DNA of 64,000 bases from Burkholderiales bacterium (GTDB taxonomy: Bacteria; Pseudomonadota; Gammaproteobacteria; Burkholderiales; SG8-39). The translations under genes and the position numbers were made by a program. The stretch lies in contig JBFJOO010000001.1 of NCBI GenBank assembly GCA_041617635.1, positions 11,819-75,818 on the forward strand, written 5' to 3'. Below the pieces are notes generated by a model. It had not been told where the DNA came from, ran no database searches, and worked only from the letters and a program-made list of their open reading frames with translations. Below are positions 8,717 through 18,915 of the stretch, piece by piece; the first letter of the stretch is position 1; the number at the start of each line of letters is the position of its first letter.

Positions 8717-10168
8717 ATGAAACAGACCCTGCAGCTCAAGCTCTCGCAGCACCTCACGCTGACTCCGCAGCTGCAGCAGTCAATCCGCCTTCTTCAACTG
8801 TCCACACTCGAGTTGAACCAGGAGCTGGAAAAATTCCTTGCGGAGAACCCGCTGCTCGAGCGTGAGGACAACGAGGAGGAAGGCGAGGCGATCGCCGCGC
8901 CGATCAACGGCTCGCACACCGTGTCTCACGAGGCGTCCGAGGGCGGCGACGGCCAGCCCGACGAGGCGCAGAATTTTGACGAGAGCCGGCCGGGCGACGC
9001 CGACTGGTTTCTCGAGGGGATGCCAAGCGGGCAGCCGGCGCGGGACGACTCCGAGGACGGGGAGTACCCGCAGCTCGCAGCGGACACCCCCAGCCTGCGG
9101 GAGCATCTCCTGGAGCAGCTCTCGCTCACGACGCTTCCGGACCGCGATCGCAGCCTCGTCGCGGCCCTCATCGAAGCGCTCGACGAGGCAGGCTATCTCA
9201 GCCAGCCGCTTGAGGAGATCGTTGCGCTGTTTCCGGCGGAACTCGGCGTGGAGCTCGAGGAGCTCACGATCGCGCTCAAGCACCTGCAGAACCTCGATCC
9301 AACCGGAGTCGGCGCCCGCAACCCCGAGGAGTGCCTTGAGCTGCAGCTCCTCGCGCTTCTCGAAGGTACTCCCGGCAGGGAGCATGCCCTGCGTATCGTG
9401 CGAGGCAACCTCGGACTGCTCGCCGCGCGGGATTTCGCGCGCCTGCGCAAGCTATTGCAATGCGACGAGGCCGCCTTGCGCACTGCGCAAAAGCTGATTC
9501 AATCCCTCAACCCCCGCCCCGGCGCGGCATTCGGCGCCCTCGATACCCGGTACGTGATCGCGGACGTGATCCTGCGCAAGCTGAAGAACGTCTGGGTCGC
9601 GAGCCTCAACCCGGCCGCCATGCCGAAGCTGCGCATCAACCGCATCTACGCCGACATCCTGCAGTCGAACCGCGGGTCCGCCGGCGGCCAGCTGTCCGCG
9701 CAACTCCAGGAGGCGCGCTGGCTGATCAAGAACGTCCAGCAGCGTTTCGACACGATTCAACGGGTGTCGCAGGCGATCGTGGATCGGCAGCGCTATTTCT
9801 TCGAGCATGGCGAGGTCGCCATGCGGCCCCTGGTGCTGCGCGAGATCGCGGATACGCTCGGGCTGCACGAGTCCACCGTTTCGCGCGTCACCACCCAGAA
9901 GTTCATGGCCACGCCGCGCGGGATCTTCGAGCTCAAGTACTTCTTCGGCAGCCACGTCGGCACCGATACGGGCGGCGCGTGCTCGGCGACGGCCATCCGC
10001 GCCCTGATCAAGCAGCTGGTGGCGGCCGAGGACGGGCGCAAGCCGCTCTCGGACAGCAAGATCTCCGAGGTTCTCGGTCAACAGGGAATCGTCGTCGCCC
10101 GGCGCACGATCGCGAAGTACCGGGAATCCCTGCAGATCCCGCCGGTCAATCTGCGCAAGTCGCTCTGA
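8717..10168 (+). CDS. rpoN: RNA polymerase sigma-54 factor
   Basis: N-terminal Q/L-rich region I ([23 protein letters not shown]), an acidic region II, and the C-terminal RpoN box [10 protein letters not shown]. Confidence 0.97.
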   Translation: MKQTLQLKLSQHLTLTPQLQQSIRLLQLSTLELNQELEKFLAENPLLEREDNEEEGEAIAAPINGSHTVSHEASEGGDGQPDEAQNFDESRPGDADWFLEGMPSGQPARDDSEDGEYPQLAADTPSLREHLLEQLSLTTLPDRDRSLVAALIEALDEAGYLSQPLEEIVALFPAELGVELEELTIALKHLQNLDPTGVGARNPEECLELQLLALLEGTPGREHALRIVRGNLGLLAARDFARLRKLLQCDEAALRTAQKLIQSLNPRPGAAFGALDTRYVIADVILRKLKNVWVASLNPAAMPKLRINRIYADILQSNRGSAGGQLSAQLQEARWLIKNVQQRFDTIQRVSQAIVDRQRYFFEHGEVAMRPLVLREIADTLGLHESTVSRVTTQKFMATPRGIFELKYFFGSHVGTDTGGACSATAIRALIKQLVAAEDGRKPLSDSKISEVLGQQGIVVARRTIAKYRESLQIPPVNLRKSL

Positions 10169-10291
10169 CCGCGCGCCGGATGCTCCGCCGGGATCGCATC
10201 GCCCCAGGCAGCGGAACTCGAGTGTGCGTCTGGTAGTCGAACACGTCCGAAATTCGAGCATCCGGAACTCGAGCGTCTTCATGGCACGGCG

Positions 10292-10297
10292 TATAAT
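10292..10297 (+). promoter_or_regulatory. perfect TATAAT hexamer in the rpoN-ptsN spacer (possible sigma-70 -10 for ptsN-hprK-rapZ)
   Basis: TATAAT lies 82 nt upstream of ptsN ATG. The -35 candidate tcgagc is weak. Confidence 0.3.
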
Positions 10298-10378
10298 TCG
10301 TAGTTTCATTGCGCCGGCGCCAGCCCCCGAATCGGAACGGCAGCCGGGCGCTTGATCGCTGAAGGATAGATCCACGGC

Positions 10379-10864
10379 ATGAATCTCGTCGCCAAGCTGC
10401 TCCCGCCTGCCAACATCGTCCTCGACCTCGAGGTGAGCAGCAAAAAGCGGATGTTCGAGCAGGTCGGGTTGTTGTTCGAGAACAACCAGGGCATCGCACG
10501 CAGTCTCGTCTTCGAAAGCCTGTTCGCGCGGGAACGCCTGGGATCGACCGGGCTCGGCCAGGGCGTCGCGATACCGCACGGGCGCATCAAGGGCCTGAAG
10601 GACCCGGTCGGGGCGCTCGTGCGGCTCAAGACGCCGGTTGCGTTCGACGCCCCGGACGGCAAACCAGTCACGCTGGTTTTCGTCCTGCTCGTACCCGAGC
10701 AGGCGACCGAGCAGCACCTGCAGATCCTGTCCGAGCTGGCGCAGATGTTCAGCGACCGCGCGCTCCGCGAGCAGCTCGCCAGCGCGAGCGATCCGGGCGC
10801 GCTGCACCAGACCATCCTCGCATGGCAACCTCATGTTGCAGACAACCGTCGCGCGGCTGTATGA
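10379..10864 (+). CDS. ptsN: PTS-Ntr enzyme IIA (nitrogen regulatory EIIA-Ntr)
   Basis: PTS EIIA type-2 fold with the phosphorylatable-His motif GQGVAIPHGR. Synteny downstream of rpoN. Confidence 0.92.
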   Translation: MNLVAKLLPPANIVLDLEVSSKKRMFEQVGLLFENNQGIARSLVFESLFARERLGSTGLGQGVAIPHGRIKGLKDPVGALVRLKTPVAFDAPDGKPVTLVFVLLVPEQATEQHLQILSELAQMFSDRALREQLASASDPGALHQTILAWQPHVADNRRAAV

Positions 10865-11789
10865 AGACAACCGAGAGCGTCTGTCGCTCACCTGGGTGTG
10901 CGGCGAGGCGGGCAGCGGCGCGCTCATCCGCCAGGATCCAGGCGAGTCCGCCGCGTTCGTCGGCCATCTGAACCTGATCCACCCCAACCGGATCCAGGTC
11001 GTCGGTCCGCACGAGGAAGCGCACATCGCCGGGCTCGAGTCGGAGCGGCTCGGCCGCGTGATCGAGCGCAGCTTCACACCCTCGCCCGCCGCACTGATCA
11101 TGGCCGATGGCGTTCCGGGCCATCCGCGCGTCCTCGAGATTGCGGAAGCGCGCGGCATCGCCGTCATCGCGAGCCCGCTGCCCGCGGCATTTCTCATCGA
11201 CAAGCTGCGCCGCTACCTCGCCAAGACGCTCGCGGAGTCCACCGAGCGGCACGGCGTGTTCATGGACGTCCTCGGCCTCGGCGTGCTGATCACCGGGGAA
11301 TCGGGGGTCGGCAAGAGCGAGCTCGGGCTCGAGCTGATCAGCCGGGGGCATGGATTGGTGGCCGACGATGTCGTGGAGATCCTGCGCATCGGCGCGACCC
11401 AGCTCGAGGGACACTGCCCGCCCATGCTGAAGGATTTTCTCGAGGTCCGCGGGCTCGGCATGCTCAATGTTCGCACCATCTTCGGCGAGACGGCGGTGCG
11501 CCCCAAGATGAACTTGCGGCTCTTTGTTCATCTGCTCAAGCCCTCGCAGTCGACGCCGCAGGTCGAGCGGCTGCCCCTGCATGAGCTTTCCGAGGAGATC
11601 CTCGGCGTTACCGTGCGCAAGGTCGTGATTCCGGTGGCCGCGGGCCGGAATCTGGCGGTCCTGGTCGAAGCGGCCGTGCGCAATTACATTCTTCAGCTCC
11701 GCGGCATCGACAGCACCGGCGAGTTCGTGCAGCGCCAGCGGGCGGAGCTCGACCGGGGCACCGAGGGCGGCACGCCGGCGGCGGTGTAA
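10833..11789 (+). CDS. hprK: HPr kinase/phosphorylase
   Basis: Walker A GESGVGKSE, plus LVADD and EVRGLG motifs. Start at ATG 10833 overlaps the ptsN 3' end by 32 nt. Confidence 0.9.
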   Translation: MLQTTVARLYEDNRERLSLTWVCGEAGSGALIRQDPGESAAFVGHLNLIHPNRIQVVGPHEEAHIAGLESERLGRVIERSFTPSPAALIMADGVPGHPRVLEIAEARGIAVIASPLPAAFLIDKLRRYLAKTLAESTERHGVFMDVLGLGVLITGESGVGKSELGLELISRGHGLVADDVVEILRIGATQLEGHCPPMLKDFLEVRGLGMLNVRTIFGETAVRPKMNLRLFVHLLKPSQSTPQVERLPLHELSEEILGVTVRKVVIPVAAGRNLAVLVEAAVRNYILQLRGIDSTGEFVQRQRAELDRGTEGGTPAAV

Positions 11790-11791
11790 CG

Positions 11792-12643
11792 GTGCTGCTG
11801 GTCATCGTCAGCGGACTGTCCGGGTCCGGAAAGAGCGTCGCGCTGAACGTGCTCGAGGACGCGGCCTACTACTGCGTCGACAATCTTCCCGCCACGCTGC
11901 TCGTGGAGACCGTCGACTTTCTCAAGGACGCCGGATACGAGCGCATCGCGGTGAGCGTGGACGCCCGCAGCGGACCCGCGCTCGATGCGCTCCCGCGCTC
12001 GGTCGAGGCGATGAAGGCGCGCGGCATCGACGTGCGTCTGCTGTTTCTGGATGCGAAGAACGACACCCTGATCAAGCGCTTTTCCGAAACCCGGCGGCGC
12101 CATCCCCTCGCCAGCGATACGCTCACGCTGGACGAATCGATCTCGCACGAGCGCGAGCTGCTGGCGCCCATCGGCGAGATCGGCCACCACATCGACACGA
12201 GCGACGTCGCCGCGAACACGCTGCGCGGCTGGATCAAAGATCTCGTCGCGATCGACCGCTCCGGAATGACGCTGCTCTTCGAATCCTTCGGCTTCAAGCA
12301 GGGCATTCCGCTCGATGCGGACATGGTGTTCGACGTGCGCTGCCTTCCCAACCCGTTCTACGACAAGCGGATGCGCTCGCTCACCGGTCTCGATGCCGAG
12401 GTGATCGCCTTCCTGGACGCCATTCCCGACGTCCGGCGCATGGAGGGCGACATCGGCGACTACATCGCCCGCTGGCTGCCGGCCTTCCAGCGCGACAACC
12501 GCGCCTACCTCACCGTGGCAATGGGCTGCACCGGCGGCCAGCACCGCTCGGTCTATTTCGCCGAGCGGCTCGCGCAACGTTTTCGCGGCGATGCGCCAGT
12601 CCTGGTGCGTCACCGCCAGCTGGCGCAAGGGGCCGAGGCCTGA
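11792..12643 (+). CDS. rapZ: RNase adapter protein RapZ (YhbJ)
   Basis: N-terminal P-loop GLSGSGKS and the C-terminal GCTGGQHRSV motif. GTG start; synteny. Confidence 0.93.
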   Translation: MLLVIVSGLSGSGKSVALNVLEDAAYYCVDNLPATLLVETVDFLKDAGYERIAVSVDARSGPALDALPRSVEAMKARGIDVRLLFLDAKNDTLIKRFSETRRRHPLASDTLTLDESISHERELLAPIGEIGHHIDTSDVAANTLRGWIKDLVAIDRSGMTLLFESFGFKQGIPLDADMVFDVRCLPNPFYDKRMRSLTGLDAEVIAFLDAIPDVRRMEGDIGDYIARWLPAFQRDNRAYLTVAMGCTGGQHRSVYFAERLAQRFRGDAPVLVRHRQLAQGAEA

Positions 12644-12674
12644 GCGCACCGCCCATCCGAACGCAGGAGAGCCG

Positions 12675-13280
12675 ATGATGCCCGGTGCCGCTCACGAACT
12701 TCCGATCTTTCCGCTCGGCACGGTGCTCTTCCCCGGAGGCCTGCTGCCCTTGCGCGTCTTCGAGACGCGCTACATGGACATGACACGCGAGTGCATGAAG
12801 GAGCAGAAGCCGTTCGGCGTCTGCCTGATCAAATCGGGTCGCGAGGTCGGCGAGCCGGCCGTACCGGAGGACGTCGGATGCGTGGCGCACATCCAGGAGT
12901 GGGATATGCGCGAGCTCGGGGTGCTCAGCCTGCGCACCCAGGGCGGGCAGCGGTTCCGGATCCGCGACCGAGAGATCACGGGGCAGGGACTGGTGCGCGC
13001 GAAAGTCGAGCTGATCGACCCGGAGCCGGCCGCGACACTGCCGGCCGAATTCGCCGCCTGCGCGAACCTGCTCGAGCTGGTGGTCGCGGACAAGAGCGCG
13101 GCCGTATTTTCCGAGCCGCACCGGTTCGACGACGCGACGTGGGTCGGTTACCGGCTCACCGAGATCCTGCCGGTGCCGATGGCAGCCAAGCAGCGGCTCC
13201 TCGAGCTGGACGACAGCGTGCTGCGACTACAGATCCTTCAGCGCTTCCTGGAGCAGCGAGGCTTGATCGCCGAAGGTTGA
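12675..13280 (+). CDS. LON N-terminal (substrate-binding) domain protein
   Basis: AGGAGA RBS. LPIFPLGTVLFPGGLLPLRVFETRY is the typical start of stand-alone Lon-N domain proteins. Confidence 0.8.
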   Translation: MMPGAAHELPIFPLGTVLFPGGLLPLRVFETRYMDMTRECMKEQKPFGVCLIKSGREVGEPAVPEDVGCVAHIQEWDMRELGVLSLRTQGGQRFRIRDREITGQGLVRAKVELIDPEPAATLPAEFAACANLLELVVADKSAAVFSEPHRFDDATWVGYRLTEILPVPMAAKQRLLELDDSVLRLQILQRFLEQRGLIAEG

Positions 13281-14315
13281 ACCGGAGAGCCGCGCAAGAA
13301 GCCGCTTGATCGGCGCCGGCAACGCTGCCGTGGCGGCAGCCTCCAGCGGCAGCCACATGCTTCCCGGCTCCGCGGCGTGGGGCGTCGATACGTCGACGTC
13401 GACCAGCACCGGTCGGATCTCGAGCGTGAAGTGCGTGAATGTGTGGCGCATCGAAGCGAGCCGGCCGACTTGCCGCACGTTGCAGCCGAATCGCTGCGCC
13501 ACGGCGCGCGACGGATCCGCGTCCGTAGCGAGCTCGGGCAGGCTCCATAGCCCGCCCCACACGCCGCTTGCGGGCCGCTTTTCGAGCAGCACGTCGCCGT
13601 TATGGCGCAGCACCGCCATGATCGTCGCGCGCAGCGGGACCTTCCGGCGCGGCCGGGGTGCGGGCAGCTCGTCGACCCGGTCCGCGATGCGCGCGGCGCA
13701 GGTGACGCGCAACGGGCAGCGCGAACACCCCGGGCGCCGGGTGGTGCAGATCATGGCGCCGAGGTCCATGAGCCCCTGGATGTAGATCGCCACGTCGCGC
13801 CGCGGCAGGAGCGACTCGGCGAGCGACCACAGCTCGCCCTCCACCGCTCGGTCGCCAGGAAACCCTTCCACCAGGAAATGACGCGCCAGCAGGCGCTTCA
13901 CGTTACCGTCGAGGATCGCGGCGCGCGCGCCGAAAGCGAAGCCCGCGATCGCGGCGGCCGTCGACCGTCCGACTCCCGGCAGCTGCTCGATGTCTGCGCG
14001 GGTTTCGGGAAAGAGTCCTCCATGCCGCGTCATGATCAGCTGCGCGGCGCGATGCAGGTTCCGGGCGCGCGAGTAGTAGCCGAGCCCGCTCCACAGGCGC
14101 ATCACGTCATCCAGGGGCGCCGCCGCCAGGGTCGCGATGTCGGGGAACCGCTCCATGAAGCGCGCATAGAAGGGGACGACCGTCGCTACCTGGGTCTGCT
14201 GCAGCATGATCTCGGACACCCAGATCGCGTACGGGTCGCGCGTCCCCTGCCACGGCAGGTCGTTGCGACCGGCGCGGCTCTGCCAGCGCACCACCCGCCG
14301 CGCGAACTCGCTCAT
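13227..14315 (-). CDS. mutY: A/G-specific adenine DNA glycosylase
   Basis: HhH-GPD region (LPGVGRSTAAAIA), 4Fe-4S cluster loop C..RRPGCSRCPL...C, and a C-terminal NUDIX-like domain. Confidence 0.93.
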   Translation of the reverse strand: MSEFARRVVRWQSRAGRNDLPWQGTRDPYAIWVSEIMLQQTQVATVVPFYARFMERFPDIATLAAAPLDDVMRLWSGLGYYSRARNLHRAAQLIMTRHGGLFPETRADIEQLPGVGRSTAAAIAGFAFGARAAILDGNVKRLLARHFLVEGFPGDRAVEGELWSLAESLLPRRDVAIYIQGLMDLGAMICTTRRPGCSRCPLRVTCAARIADRVDELPAPRPRRKVPLRATIMAVLRHNGDVLLEKRPASGVWGGLWSLPELATDADPSRAVAQRFGCNVRQVGRLASMRHTFTHFTLEIRPVLVDVDVSTPHAAEPGSMWLPLEAAATAALPAPIKRLLARLSGSTFGDQASLLQEALKDL

Positions 14316-14355
14316 CGCGATTCAAACCCAGTCCGCCGGCGCGACCGGTCGCCCA

Positions 14356-16680
14356 TCAGCGCCTCAGGATGCCGCGCAGCGCGTCGCCTATGCTGCCTCC
14401 CGAGCCCTGCTGCCCGCCGGTACCCTGCTGCCCGCCACCGAGACGGCGCTCGATCTCCCGCGTGACTGCGCTCTTGGCCGCGTCGGCGGCGAGCGCCCCG
14501 ACGTCGACGCGGTACTTCAGGTTGTCGAACGTCCCGGTGACGCGCACCGGCGCCGTCAGCCCGCGGACGTCGGACACGTCCTTGCCGCCCTGCCCGGTCG
14601 ACGTCGCGACGATCGTCGCCTTCAACGTGTAGTCGACCGAGTCGGTGCCGATGTTGATGTCGCCCGCACCCGCGAGCCGCAGGAGCGGCGACTTCCCCTG
14701 CAAATCCTCGTTGTGCGCGATCCCGTTCTTGATCACGAAGCTGGCCGAGAGCTCGCTGAAGTCCGTCTTCGCGCCGCCCTGCGCCTGCTCCTCGACGGCC
14801 CTTTGCGATCCGAGCAGCGCTTTGGCCTTGCGCAGCGTGGCCGCGACGTCCACGCCCTTGATCGCACCGTCGCGCAGATTGAGGCTCGAGGTGCCATTCA
14901 GGCCCTTCTTGAGGGCGCCCACGGTCGCGCCGGCGGTGGTCACATCGAGATTCACCGTGCCGCGCCCCTCCAGCACGTCCTTGTCGGCGGCGTCGCGCAG
15001 CAACGGCCCGATCTCGATGCCCTGGAGCTGCTGCTTGACTGCGAATGCGTTCGAATTGGCGTTGATGCTCGCATTGCCCGCCACGGTTCCCTTGTAGAGG
15101 TTCGCCGAGATCGGGGCGACGTCGACCTTGCCGTCGGCCGCGCGCAGCTTGACCTGCACGCTCTGCGCCTTGATGTTGCTGACCGTGAGCGCGTCGATCC
15201 GGAGGTTGCCGTTGGCGTTGAGGGTCTTGAGCGCCGATAGATCGATCTTCGCGTCGTCGCCTGCGCCACCCTGACCCGCTCCGCCGCCTCCGGCGGACGG
15301 CGTGGCGCCACCCGTGGCGCCGGCGGCCTTTTTCGGCGGCAGGTACCGGTCGACGTTCAGTTGATCGGCCACCACGTCGAAATTGATCGCGGGCGCCGCG
15401 AAGTTCGCGACCGATGCCTTCGCCTGGATCGTGCTGTCGTCCACTTTGGCGACGAGATCGGTCTGCACCGTCTGCTTGGCCCAGTTCGCTCCCGCGCTCC
15501 CCGTCAGGGCGACCTTGATGGTCTTCGCCGGGAAGTCCGGGCTCGAAACCACGAAATCACCGGCGATCTTGGCCAGCCGCGCCTCGCTCGCGGCGAGATT
15601 GAGCGACACGGGCGTGGCGAGCTTGCCCTGCACGGCGAAATCGCCCTGCTTGACGCTGACCTCCGACGCGAGACTTGCGAACTCGACCTGCTTGTCTTTG
15701 GCCGCGACGGCAGACAGCGCGAACTTCGCATCGATCGTCTGCTCGCCACGCGCGAGCTTGAGTGCACCGTCGATCGCCTGGCTTTGCGCCTGGTCCGGGG
15801 CGAGCGCGAGCTTGGGGATCGAGAAGCGCGCTTCCAATCCCTCCTTCGACGTTGCTGTGACCTGCACGCCGGCGAGATCGATCTGCTGGCGCTTCGGATC
15901 GATCGTGATGTCGCCCTTGACTGCCGCGTCCAGACCCGCGACGCCGGGCGCGTCTCCCCTCACCTTCGCGTCGAGGTCCGTCAGAGCCACCGCCTGCGTG
16001 TCGAAGTCGACCCGGTAGCCGGTGTCGAGCGCAAGGTCGATCGCGAGCTTGGGTTGCGACCCGTCGACGCGTCCCGAAACGCTGAGCTTTCCGGGCACGC
16101 CGCTCGCGATGCGCCCGGTCGTGAGGTCGAGTTTCGACAGACGGATATCGGTCCCATCCTGCTCGTCACGCCAGCCCACGTTGGCGTTGCGGAGCTCGAT
16201 GCCGCCAATGTCGAGCACCGGCGCCTTGTCGTCGGCGCCGGGAGACGGAGCCTTACCGGGTGCTTCCGGCTGTGGCGCCTTCGCGCCGGTGAGATCGTCG
16301 ATGTTCGTGCGCCCATCCTTGCCGCGGACGAGGTCGACCTTGAGATCGGAGAGCGTCACGCGGTCGACAATCACCTGCTTGGATAGGAGCGGAATCAACG
16401 CTATTGCGACCCGCGCCTCGCCGATGCGCGCAAACTCCTTGCTCCCGTTCGGCTCGGAGAGCGCTACGCGATCCACCGCGGCGCCGATCTTAGGGAAGAA
16501 GGTGAGCCCGATCTTGCCGTCGATCGTCAGCGTCCGCCCGGTCTTCTCCTTGACGAGCTTGACGATCTCGGGCTTGTACTTCTCGGGGTCGAAGGTCGCG
16601 GCAACATAGGCGACGACGATCACCACGATCAAGATAAGGCCGCCGATCGCCCAGAGGATGTACTTCAGCGCTTTTCCCAT
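14356..16680 (-). CDS. asmA: AsmA family outer-membrane biogenesis protein
   Basis: N-terminal TM anchor (ILWAIGGLILIVVIVVAYV), then a long beta-rich repetitive body with AsmA-like N- and C-terminal regions. 774 aa. Confidence 0.8.
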   Translation of the reverse strand: MGKALKYILWAIGGLILIVVIVVAYVAATFDPEKYKPEIVKLVKEKTGRTLTIDGKIGLTFFPKIGAAVDRVALSEPNGSKEFARIGEARVAIALIPLLSKQVIVDRVTLSDLKVDLVRGKDGRTNIDDLTGAKAPQPEAPGKAPSPGADDKAPVLDIGGIELRNANVGWRDEQDGTDIRLSKLDLTTGRIASGVPGKLSVSGRVDGSQPKLAIDLALDTGYRVDFDTQAVALTDLDAKVRGDAPGVAGLDAAVKGDITIDPKRQQIDLAGVQVTATSKEGLEARFSIPKLALAPDQAQSQAIDGALKLARGEQTIDAKFALSAVAAKDKQVEFASLASEVSVKQGDFAVQGKLATPVSLNLAASEARLAKIAGDFVVSSPDFPAKTIKVALTGSAGANWAKQTVQTDLVAKVDDSTIQAKASVANFAAPAINFDVVADQLNVDRYLPPKKAAGATGGATPSAGGGGAGQGGAGDDAKIDLSALKTLNANGNLRIDALTVSNIKAQSVQVKLRAADGKVDVAPISANLYKGTVAGNASINANSNAFAVKQQLQGIEIGPLLRDAADKDVLEGRGTVNLDVTTAGATVGALKKGLNGTSSLNLRDGAIKGVDVAATLRKAKALLGSQRAVEEQAQGGAKTDFSELSASFVIKNGIAHNEDLQGKSPLLRLAGAGDINIGTDSVDYTLKATIVATSTGQGGKDVSDVRGLTAPVRVTGTFDNLKYRVDVGALAADAAKSAVTREIERRLGGGQQGTGGQQGSGGSIGDALRGILRR

Positions 16681-16711
16681 GTGTTTGCCCGTGTCCTTTT
16701 CCTAGGTATCT

Positions 16712-17617
16712 TCACTCGTTCGCGATGCCGAACGGCACATGGCCGGTGGCGACATGATTCCGCGCGGAGTCGCAATGCCCGCGCTGGTCGTCGAAGAAAA
16801 TGTCCGCGCCGAACGCCTTCAGGAACCGGCCCTTGTCCAGTCCACCCAGAAACAACGCCTCGTCGATGCGAATGTCCCATGCGCGCAGGGTGCGGACCAC
16901 CCGTTCGTGCGCCGGGGCGCTGCGCGCGGTGACGAGCGCGGTCCGGATGGGCGAGCCGTCCGGCGAGAATTCCGACTGGATCCGGTGCAACGCCGCGAGA
17001 AACTCCTTGAACGGCCCCCCGGCGAGCGGTTCACGCGCCGCGCTCACCTCGACGGCCGTGAAACGCGCGAGCCCCTCGGCCTTGTAAACGCGCTCCGCCT
17101 CGTCCGAGAAAAGCACGGCGTCGCCGTCGAATGCGATGCGCAGCTCGGTGCTCTCGGCAAGGTTCTGGCCGATATTGGACGGCAGGATGGTTGCCGCCGC
17201 ATGACCCGCTTCGAGCGCTTTGCGCACATCGGCGGGATTTGCGGAGAGAAACAGATGCGCGTCGAAAGCCGGCACGTACGGGTACGTGCTCTCGCCGCCG
17301 GTGAACGCGGCGCGCGTGATCTCCAGCCCGAAGTGTTCGATGGATTTCATGATTCGCAGGCCCGTGTCCGCCGTGTTGCGCGAGAGCAGGATCACCTCGA
17401 CGCGCAGCCGTTCGGGCTGGCGCACGTTCAACGCGAGCAGCTTCTTCACGAGCGGAAACGCGATCCCCGGCGCGAGGATCTCGTCCTCGTGCGCCCGCTG
17501 GTAGCGAAAATAGGCGTCGACACCCTGATCCTCGAACACGCGATTCGACTCCTCGAGATCGAACAGCGCCCGAGAGGAAATCGCGACGACGAGTCGTCCG
17601 TCGATACTAGAAGCCAT
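16712..17617 (-). CDS. 5'-nucleotidase family protein (PF06189-like)
   Basis: Recalled family pattern VVAISSRALFDLEESNRVFE..GV.AY..YQ..HE...L.PG.AFPLVK. Start set at MASSIDG (17617), not 17758. Confidence 0.6.
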   Translation of the reverse strand: MASSIDGRLVVAISSRALFDLEESNRVFEDQGVDAYFRYQRAHEDEILAPGIAFPLVKKLLALNVRQPERLRVEVILLSRNTADTGLRIMKSIEHFGLEITRAAFTGGESTYPYVPAFDAHLFLSANPADVRKALEAGHAAATILPSNIGQNLAESTELRIAFDGDAVLFSDEAERVYKAEGLARFTAVEVSAAREPLAGGPFKEFLAALHRIQSEFSPDGSPIRTALVTARSAPAHERVVRTLRAWDIRIDEALFLGGLDKGRFLKAFGADIFFDDQRGHCDSARNHVATGHVPFGIANE

Positions 17618-17638
17618 AGAGCGGTAGCAGGCACGTGA

Positions 17639-18637
17639 ATGATAAGCTATTTCGCACGCAAAGCCCGGCGGACGCCCGTGACTGCCCCGACGCACAAGAA
17701 CGCACACACTCCGGCAGCGGGGAAGATCGCCGCGCCAGTTTCGGGCGGCGCGTTTCACCCGGTGCTGCCGTATGCGCTACTCGCCGCCGGCGTGCTGCTC
17801 GTCTCGAGCGCATCGATACTCATTCGCTTCGCCCAGGGGCTCGGCGTGCCGTCGCTCTCGCTCGCCGCCTGGCGTCTCACGCTGGCGGCGCTGATTCTCA
17901 CGCCCCTGGTACTCGTGCGCTCGCGGGACGAGCTCGCGAAGCTCGCGCCGCGCGACATCGGACTCGCCGCACTGGCGGGCGTCTTTCTTGCAATCCATTT
18001 CGCAACGTGGATCGCCTCGCTCGCGTACACGTCGGTGGCGGCCAGCACCGTGCTCGTGACGACGAACCCGATCTGGATCGCGGCGGCGTCGTGGCTGCTC
18101 TTTCGCGAGCGGCCCGGGGCGGGACTCGCGGTGGGCATTGCGCTCGCACTCGTCGGAAGCGTCGCGATCTTCGCCGCCGGCGGCGGCGCGGGCGGCGCAA
18201 ATCCAGCGCTCGGCAATACGCTCGCCCTCATCGGCTCGATCATGGTCTCCGGCTATCTGCTGATCGGCCGCGGCCTCCGCCGACGCCTCTCGCTCCTCGC
18301 GTACATCTGGCTCGTGTACGGTGCCGCCGCGGGCGTGCTGCTGCTCGCGGTGCTCGCCAGCGGCAGCGCAATGCTCGGGTTCGCGGCGACGGCATACGCG
18401 ATTCTCCTCGCGCTCGCGGTCGGGCCGCAGCTCGGCGGCCATACCGCGTTCAACTGGGCGCTGCGCTACCTTTCGCCGGCATTCATCGCCCTCGCCATTC
18501 TTGGCGAGCCGATTGGTGCAGCGCTGCTGGCGTTCCTGATTCTCGGCGAGCGGGTGGCGCCACTCGAGCTGGCGGGCTTCGTGCTGCTGCTCCTCGGAAT
18601 CTATTTCGCGGCCCGCTCCGAGCGGCGGGCGCGCTGA
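17639..18637 (+). CDS. EamA/DMT-superfamily transporter
   Basis: About 10 predicted TM helices in two EamA-like halves. Start is uncertain: the basic N-terminal 40 aa could be non-coding, and GTG at 17762 is an alternative. Confidence 0.75.
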   Translation: MISYFARKARRTPVTAPTHKNAHTPAAGKIAAPVSGGAFHPVLPYALLAAGVLLVSSASILIRFAQGLGVPSLSLAAWRLTLAALILTPLVLVRSRDELAKLAPRDIGLAALAGVFLAIHFATWIASLAYTSVAASTVLVTTNPIWIAAASWLLFRERPGAGLAVGIALALVGSVAIFAAGGGAGGANPALGNTLALIGSIMVSGYLLIGRGLRRRLSLLAYIWLVYGAAAGVLLLAVLASGSAMLGFAATAYAILLALAVGPQLGGHTAFNWALRYLSPAFIALAILGEPIGAALLAFLILGERVAPLELAGFVLLLLGIYFAARSERRAR

Positions 18638-18915
18638 GTCGCAGGTCGCAAGTCCGGCCCCTTAGCCGCTTGTGACGGCGCGTTTGCGACGTAAAAGGAC
18701 CGTTCACGGACCCAATGCGGAAAACTTCTTGATCAATTCCATCGCGGTACGCGCGCCGCAAGGCCAAGAAGTGCCACAATAACGGCGTGGGGCGCCCCCG
18801 AGGTCCGCGGGAGGGGGAGGGGCGCGCGAGGGCCTAGGCACGCGACTAAGCAGGGGCCTTGCCAGAGCCCATGGATCTTTCGCGGGTATCACGCTTCTGG
18901 AGGCACGGTCGGGGG

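Noticed and set aside
10282-10300. TGGCAC at 10282-10287 as a sigma-54 promoter for ptsN
   Set aside because: The -12 position carries ATAAT rather than TTGC(A/T), and the GG-N10-GC geometry is not met. It is more plausibly a coincidental overlap with a sigma-70 -10 hexamer.
9452-11203. 583-aa ORF antisense to rpoN, ptsN and hprK
   Set aside because: It runs antisense to three well-supported conserved genes and crosses their intergenic spacer. The composition is Arg/Ala/Asp-rich and low-complexity, so this is a shadow ORF.
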